From: an uncultured virus (IMG/VR IMGVR_UViG_2061766007_000501)
Taxonomy: Duplodnaviria; Heunggongvirae; Uroviricota; Caudoviricetes
Length of the DNA: 64,000 nt
Virus record (IMG/VR): IMGVR_UViG_2061766007_000501
Reading direction: 5' to 3' (one strand)
Part shown: positions 38,401-47,400 of the stretch, piece after piece
How positions within the stretch are numbered: the first letter of the stretch is position 1
Layout of the letters: every line of letters begins with the position of its first letter
Program-made: the position numbers and the translations under genes
The notes under the pieces: model-generated
Databases searched by the model: none
Told to the model about the DNA's origin: nothing
Seen by the model: only the letters and a program-made list of their open reading frames with translations

Positions 38401-41400
38401 ACAGATGGTTGATAGATACAAGCTGCAGCAGGCACAGGCAGCCAATGCAGAGCGCAGGGCTGACCAGGCTGCAAGTCAACAAGAGGCAGCTCCAGCTCAA
38501 CCTGCCAACAATGGACGTACCTACCAATTGAATGAGCAGGTGCCAGTAACCCTACCTAACGGCACTTCTGGAATTGCGTTTGTGCAGGGCGAACCTGATG
38601 CAGACGGTAATTACGAGGTTGAGCTGACTGATGAGGCTGGCAATTCTTTGGGTGTTCGCTTGATGAGCCAACAAGAGCTGAATGCAATGGAGGTTGTGCC
38701 ACAAAGTGAAACAACACAAGCAACGGTTAATGCACCTGCAACGGCATCGAGCCAGGTAGTAGATAACCAAGAGCCAGGTAGTAGCCAACCTGCAGTCAGC
38801 AACAACCAAGCTAACATTGAGACGGAAGCCATGCCGATGATAGGCGAGGGCGATGAGGCTGTGCCCGATTATGGAAAGGTGAGTCCTGAGCGTACCCATA
38901 AGTATATCTATACCGAGACAGGCCTTAATGAGAAGCAGGCTGACCAGCTTGTGGGTGTGATGAAGAAGGAAGCCGAGAAAGCCTTGAAGCAAGCGCAGAA
39001 GAATGAGCCTCAGTTTGGTGACAAGGGTATTGGCACCAATATCAACAAGTTCAACAAAGCGCATGAAGAGTGGGGCAAGAAGGTGGCAGACGCACAACGG
39101 CAGGTGGAGTACTGGAATGCTGTTGAGCAGGAGCAGGCATCGGTGGTCAGCCAGCGTGAGCAGGCTGCCAAGGAAGCTGCCGAGCTTGAAAAACTAATGA
39201 ATATGACCGAGGCAGAGCGTATAATGCAGAACAATCTTGCACGGATGGAGCCCAGAAACCTGAACGAATTGGCGGCACAAATGATTGGTACAGGTTCCAT
39301 CAAGCTTATTCGTGGTTCATTTAAAGAAGAAACTGGCTACAAGACTGGTGAAGCAAGAAAACTTTTGCGTATCTTTGCAGCAAAGGAGGATGGTGGTGTA
39401 AGTGTGGATAAGGCTGGCGAGCTGGTAGAAGATATGGCAAGAGCCCTGCATATCCCATTTGACGAAACCGATGCCAACGCAGGGCGTAATGCTGTGATTA
39501 GTGTGCTTGGTGATGTTCGTACATGGGGTGATTTGTTCCACTATATTGCCAAGGCACGCCAAGCTGAAATGGATAAGGCGAATGCCGATCAGGAGCGATA
39601 TGAGGCACAGCAGCGTGATGATTGGGCGCAGGAACACTTCAATATGAGCTATGATGACTACATGGCGTGGGAGAATGACTACCTGCCAACAATAGCCGAA
39701 GAATATGCTCTTACACCTGACGAAGTTTACGAAGATATTAGTAATGACATAAATAAAGAAAACAATGAACGAGTTACAACAGAAACGAGCTCTGGAGTTG
39801 AAGCAGGCAGTGCAGTTCTGCAAGGATCACAACCTGCTGATGAAGGGCGAACTGGAGAAGCTGGCCAACAAGGAAACAGTGAAGGAAATGACATTGCGCT
39901 GCGTGGCGAGAATGAGAATGTACCTGAAGACGCATCCGGAAGCGAAGTAGGCGGTCTGACGGATAACCAAGGGAACTTAATAGATGAGAACGGTAATCTG
40001 ATACTTGACGAGGTAGCAAGTGTTGATGATTTAACAGATGAAGATTTTATATCTCCATCCCGTAGTGTCATGCTCCCTGTTATCCCTGAGCGAGTTGACA
40101 ATGCTATCGGTGGTGGTGGCAAGCGTGTCATCATCAAGAAAAACATTTTTATCAAAAACAGAAACACACACAAAGACCTTACGCCAAAAGATAGTAGGAG
40201 AATACTTATAGAAGCGATTTATAAAAACAACGGGCATGGGCAGACTCAGCCAGTTACAAAGCCCAACTATTGGGTAGTTCTTAGGACATCCGATCCAAAT
40301 AGAATTGTAGTTCTTGAAGTATCAAATAAAAAAGAAAATATTGAGGTAATAGGGTGGCATTACACGGATGCAAAAGGGTTGGAGAAGCTGAAGAAACAAG
40401 CCGAACGTGAGGACGGGCAGCTCCTCATACAGACTTCAGATGAAGCGGCGGCAGCCCTTTCCACTCTTCCGTCCGATGTTTCTGCAAGCAAAGATACAAC
40501 ATCTACTGCAAATAACCAAGAAAAAGAGCAAGAAAATTTGCAGCAGCAGATAGAAAATGCCCGTCAGGAGGTTGATGCAAACCCGACTGATGCACAAAAG
40601 GAGGCTGGTAACTACAAAAAAGGTCACATCAAGCTGGATGGCTATGACATCAGCATCGAAAATCCGAAGGGCAGCACCCGTAGTGGTACAGACGCAAGCG
40701 GTAAGCCGTGGTCTGTTACCATGAACAACGACTATGGCTACATCCGCATGACAGAGGGCGTAGATGGTGACCATATTGACGTATTCCTTTCCGACAATCC
40801 AAGTGAAGGCAATGTATATGTGATTGACCAGGTGAAGCCTGATGGCACATTCGATGAACACAAGGTGATGTATGGCTTCAACAGTGAAGAAGAGGCAAAG
40901 CAGGATTACTTTGCCAACTATTCCCCTGGGTGGAAAGGCTTAGGCACCATCACGGGCGTAAGCAAGGATGAGTTTAAGAAGTGGGTGGAAAGCAGCCATC
41001 GCAAGACCAAGCCGTTTGCAGAATATAAGAGCGTGGAGCCATTGGAGCAGTCAAACCAAAAAGTAAGTGCTGCAGAGTCTAAGCCAGCAAAGAAAGTAAC
41101 AGTAACCAATACAAAAAAGATTGATGACTTTGGTGAGAAGATTGGCGGTGCAAGGAAAGACGTTGCACGTGACCGCATCCGTACCACTCGCAGTATGACA
41201 GGTAAGGACTTGAAGTCGTTGAAAAAAGGCCCCGATGATATCCTTTCGGGAGCTAATATTCTACGTCTCTACAAAGAAGGGCAGATGGATGAGGCTACGG
41301 CAAGAAGCTTCCTGGCATTCAACAATGCCGTAAAATCTGCAAAAGACAGCGTGTTTGCCGGTGTCATAGCCCTAAGAAAGTATCGTGATGCTGCAGTAGC

Positions 41401-44400
41401 ATGGGAAGAAGGTAAGCCTGTTAAGTTTGAGGTAACGGATGCTGACCTGGAAGAGTACAAGGCTGGTTTCTCTATTCCTATATCAGATGAAAAAGCGAAG
41501 GAGGATCTTGATTATAGGATTACAGAGCCGTTCAATGCCTATATGTCAACCTATGAGGCCATCAATTATCCAGCTGTAGAGCGAAGGCTTGCCCAACGTG
41601 TAATTGTAGATCATAGTAAAGGGAAACATGCACATTTGTATGGTAGGCCGTATTGGTACAAGAGTAGTTTCCATGCTAACAGTGGCTGGCCTTTCTCCAC
41701 TATGAGTGATGCCGTGAGAAAGATGGAGAGTGAAAACCCTGTCGTGGAAAAGAAAGACAAGAAGTCTGCTAAGGGTGAAGGAGCAGAACATGGCCTGCGT
41801 GTTGTGGAAGACGGTTATCGTTATTATATCAAGAGCCGTAACATTCCTGGCACAATCTATTTGTCGCAAGGCTTCTTAAGGAAGAAGGATGCAGAAGCAT
41901 ACCTGAATGACAATCTTGAAAAACTGATTGAAAAAGAAACTAACATGGTTGACGCTTTGATGGGCAGCAACATCGGCATGGCTGAGCGTGAGGGCGTGGA
42001 CTACCGTAACGGCAAGGATGTGACACCAGACGATTTCCTCAACGAGTTCGGTTTCCGTGGCGTTGAGTTCGGCAACTGGGTGCCTCAGGCTGAACGCCAG
42101 ATGTATCTGAACAAGACATACGATGCCATCAAGGACTTCTGTGCCATCGTGGGCATCAGCCCTAAAGCTTTCTCTTTGGGTGGACGCTTGGGATTAGCGT
42201 TTGGCGCAAGAGGGCATAGCCGTGCAATGGCTCACTATGAGCCGGCAAAGGAAGTGATTAACCTCACCCGAATGAGTGGTGTAGGCTCACTTGCACACGA
42301 ATGGTTCCATGCGCTTGACAATTACCTGGCTAAGCAGAAGACGGGTAACATCAGCGACATGGCTTCTGTTACAAACGATACAGTACGTGAGGAAGTCGGT
42401 GACGTATGGAAGGAAATGCGTACTGCCATGAAGCAGCTTGATTATCACAGGCGTTCTACCCGTGCAGGCGAATACTGGGGGAGAACGGAGGAAGAATTTG
42501 CACGTCTCTTTGAGAATTACATCTACAACAAGCTGGCAGAGAAGCAGGCAAAATCACCTGTGCTTGTACGTCAGGACATATTGCTTGATTATATCGATGG
42601 CGTTGAACGCAACTCATGGCCTTATCCTTCTGCAGCCGAGAATGAGCAGATGAAACCTCTGTTTGACAAGCTGTTTGACACCATTCAGGAAAAGACAGAC
42701 GGGAACGGCAAGGCTGTGTTGTTCCATAAAATGCCAAACTCTTTCTTGGAGAAGGAGGCTGATGCAAAAGAGACAGGGCTCCGTAATGCCCTGACAGACC
42801 TTATGAAGCAGGCTGGTGTTGAGGTTATCACTGATGTTGAAGAGGGGCAGCGTGTATTGGATGAGGCTGGGGATAAGGCAAAAAAGGTGGCAATTGTGCA
42901 AAACATCGAAAACGGTATAAATGCTCTTCAAAGAATAGCGGCAGGAGAAGAAAGGGTGCCTGCTGCCATGACACGAAATGATTTGTCACAATATGGAGGT
43001 GATAATAATATTACTTTCTATTATGGTAAAACAGGCAATCCTAAAAAAGACTACAAAAAGGGTTATGGAGTATCACATATTGGGGGCAAACACGGTGCAG
43101 AGACGTTATTAAAATTGCTTAATGTGATTGCTACTGGTAAGATAGATCGTTATGTTTCTGGCAACAAGACCATTGTCCTTACTGATGGAGAATATGAGGT
43201 GTTGTTGGCACTCACAAGATTTGGAAATAAAGAAACATGGTTGTTCAACGGATGGAGAAAAGATGAAAAAACTGGTGCTGACGGCGAGGTTAGTACTCAC
43301 TCCGACGCTACGCAAGCCAACCCTACATTTAGTCGTGAAGACTTGGGAGCAGTTCTTTCTGATGCAAATATACAAAGTTTAATCGAATCTGCAAAAGAAA
43401 AAGAAGAAAAAATTAACAAGCAGAAGATAGAAGCTCCTATTTTCTACTTCCGAACCCCTGACGGACAGGCTTACGGCTACACGCTGAACGGCAAGATTTA
43501 CATAGACCCACGCATTGCCACTGCCGAGACACCTATCCATGAATATGCCCATCTGTGGGCAGAGGCTTTGCGTGCTGCCAACCAGAAGGAGTGGGAGAAT
43601 GTGGTAAGCCTTATGAAGGGGACACCAGTATGGGATGAGGTGAAGCAGACCTACCCTGAACTGACTAACGACAATGACATTGCCGAGGAGGTGTTGGCTC
43701 AATACAGCGGACGTAAGGGTGCCGAACGTCTGCGCAAGGCTCAGGATGAGGCTATGAAGAAGGCAGGTACTGACGTTTTTGCCCGGGCTGAGGCTATATC
43801 TGCCTTTGATAGTGTAAGACGTGCCTTGAGCCGCTTCTGGCAAGCCGTTGCAGACTTCCTGCACATCCACTATACCAGTGCAGAGGAAGTGGCAGACCGT
43901 GTGCTGTATGACCTACTGCAGGGTACCAATCCACTGAACACGTCAAAGGTTAATGCGCAAAGTGAGGTGCGTCCACAGAAAGCAGGAGAGCCAGCATTAC
44001 AACTAAGTCTATCTGACATGACAGATGATGAGCTGCTGGAAAATGCGATGAGGAATGGCCTGAACACTCCTGGAGATACATTTGGCAACGAGTATGACAG
44101 AAGGCATGAAGATGAGTATGCCGACTTCTACAACCAGATGGAGCAGGAGTTGAAAGACAATCCAATCAGCAGGGAGGAAGTTGAGGCTAGGATGGCCGAC
44201 CTGATGAAAAGGTGGGAGAGAGGTGCCTATATGACACCTGAAAGAACGGCAATTCAGGCGCAACTGATGGCTCTTGACGATTACCAGGCTGACATGGCTG
44301 ATGCGGAGGTGGATGCCGAAGTGCCAGAAGATTTCACTCCTGGCGTACAACCAAAACAAGAGAATGACAATGCCACTACTTATGTGACCACCAAGGGCAA

Positions 44401-47400
44401 GAAGGTGGAATATAAGCAGCTGAGCCTTGACTTTACCGAGCAGGAAGATGAGGCTGAGACAAAGCCTGCCGTTGAAACAAAGCAGCAGGAGAAGCCAGTT
44501 GGTAAAGACCTGACACAAGTAAGGCTGCGTGAACTCCAAGAAGGTGAGGTGTGCTATGCAGAGCGTAGGTTTACCGAGGATAAGAGTTTTGTATTGACGG
44601 GTGGTAATAATAAGATTGAAACAGTGGCAGATGTGGCATACATCTTCCGCTGCCTGCAAGACAAGGCTATTGAGCACGCCTTTATGGTGTTTGTTAAGAA
44701 CGGAGAACCTACCATTGTGCACGTAGGTATGGGCACTATCAATCAGACAAATGTTGACTTTGCTCCATTAGCAGCCCTTGCCGAAGATATGCAACCTGAC
44801 GAAATCTACTTTGTGCATAACCATCCAAGTGGTAACTTGCAGCCATCCAAGGCCGACATGTCACTGGTAAGCGGATTTAGGAAAGCTATCAAATCTGACA
44901 TACCGTTAACCAACCTTATCATCGATACATACAAGCACCAGTATCGTGTGTTTGCCGGTAATTCCTCGTACATTGATGAGGGTGAGGTAAGGAATGACAA
45001 TGGTGAAAACCGTCAACTTCCATTGTTTGCATTTGATGAGCGTGTATTCCATGATAATTTCCTGCCAAGAAAAATCAGTAGTTCGGCAGATGTATTCATC
45101 ACTGCATCACTGCTTCGATTGGGCGATAACAAAAAGATTGGATATGTTGTCATGGATCAGGCGGCAACTGTGATGGGTAATCTTTACTTGCCCGTTAGCA
45201 ATGTTAGGGATATCACAGAAGACATGATGAGAGACATGATAAAGAACATCATGCTAATGAACGGTACCCAAATAGCATTGCATGGTACGGCCAAGTTTAT
45301 AAATAGGGAAGTCACGCAGTTTACCAAAGCATTCAATACCTTGTCTAAAGGAGAGGTGAGGGTAACTGATGTGATAGCCATGAATGGAGCCGATGGCGAC
45401 TACCAAGGTTATTACAGTGCGCATGACAATGATGTAATGGAGCCTAATTCTGTTTATGGAACCGTTAATGAGCCTGGAGGAACAATAACCTACAATGAGG
45501 TACGTGACGATGGCAATGTGCCGCAAAAAACAGGGAAAGGCTACAAAGTGTTTGTTTTGAAAGACGGTAAGCTCTATCCTCCAATGGTGGCTAATCCTAA
45601 TGGTGCAGCTACACCAGTGGGTGTGTGGCTGGAAGCCCATGCAGCACCTGTGGCTGGCACCAGTAAGACTGGCAGACCACAAGTAAAAGCAGGTGGCAAA
45701 GGCACTCAGGGTGGTAGTGGTACGTCGGCGTATCGTCCAGGATGGCATTTAGGCGAGATACCATACGCAAAGCAGTTCAACCGTGTAGATGAGAATGGCA
45801 ATAAAAACCTGTTCCCTGCCAATTTCGTGTGGGCAGAAGTGGAATATGCCAACGATGTGGACTATCAGGAAGAAGCACGCAAAGAGGGTACCAATGCCAA
45901 CGGCAAGTATCAGCACTCGTTGGCCGGCCTGAAGCGTGTGCCTGAGAATGGCAGTTATCGTTATCGTACTAACCCTGACCCAACAACCGATGAATGGATC
46001 ATAACAGGTGCCATGAAGGTAAACCGCATACTTACTCCAAGCGAAGTGGATGAAATGGTAAGGGCTGCAGGACGTGAGCCACAGAAACGTCAGGAAGGTG
46101 CAGTTACTGATGAGCAGGTTGGAGAGCTGAATGAAAATCTGTTTGGTATTCCACAAAGGCGAGCTGGCGAAGATTTGTTTGCCTTTGCTGAGCGTGTGGC
46201 AAATGGTTATGACAAGAGACGCAGTGAAGCGGCTTCCAATGTAGCACGGGATAGTGGTAAAGAGGAAATACCTTTGTCCCATGATGAGGCTGTGGCACAG
46301 GCTAAACAGTATGAACAAGAACATAAGGGTGCTGCTCGTACAATCGTGTTGGATAAGTCAGGTGACATGGTTCAGCAGCTGGTTGATGCAGGTGTCAGCC
46401 GTGATGTTGCCCAGGAATGGGTTGATGAAGGTGATAGTGATGCGGCATACAACGAATTTCACGATATTGTAATAATATTTAATCCACGTGTTGGAAAAGA
46501 CACTCTAAATGGCTATCTTTGCCATGAGAATGCACATAGATACCTCGACTCTTTGCCAGCAGATGAGCGTGCAAGGTTAGTTGATATGGTATATAGAAGA
46601 TTGTCTAATGCCAACAAAAAGCTAAAAGAGATAGCAGATTATGTGCATGAGGCTTATGCTGACAGGAGTGATGAAGAGCAGAAGGAAGAGTTTGTTTGCC
46701 ACTTCCTGCAACGTGCAGCCATGACTAAGAAGATGACGCTCGGAGAGAATGTTGAGTATGTTATCGAGCATTTTGACAAGTATGGCGAGCTAAATATATT
46801 ACGTGACATTATAACTTTTATTGATAATGGAAGACAAGAAGAAACAGGAAACGGACAACTTTCTGGCCGACAGCGGGGACGGATGGAAGATGAAATGCGG
46901 ACACCCGACTTCGAAAAAGAAAAAAGAAAAAAAGACATCGTAAGCAACCCATCGGGTGTTAACATCACCATGCGTGACAAAGCTGCTGCCCGTGCTGCAT
47001 ACGAAAAAGAGGTTAGCAGTGCATCATATCAGGCACGTGAGGCTTTGCAGGATAGTATGCGAGGCCTGCACGCATTGTATAAAGCTGTGCTTGGTAAGGC
47101 GTTTACCAAAATTGAAGATGTTCCGGGCTTTGAGAATGCTTATACGGCAGAGAACCGTTTGAGCAGCGAAAGTTCCGGGCAGCAGGAAGAGTATGGTGTT
47201 AAATTCATGGTGCCCCTGCTGGATGCGGTCAGCAGGCTGACTGGCAATGATAAGGATGGGGAAAATATGAACAAGCTTACCGACTACATGATGGCTAAAC
47301 ACGGGTTGGAGCGAAACCGTGTGTTGGCGGCACGTGACGCTAGGCGAGTGAGTGATGACTGGCTTCGTGATGCCTTGCAAAATCTAAACGGCAACCTGAA

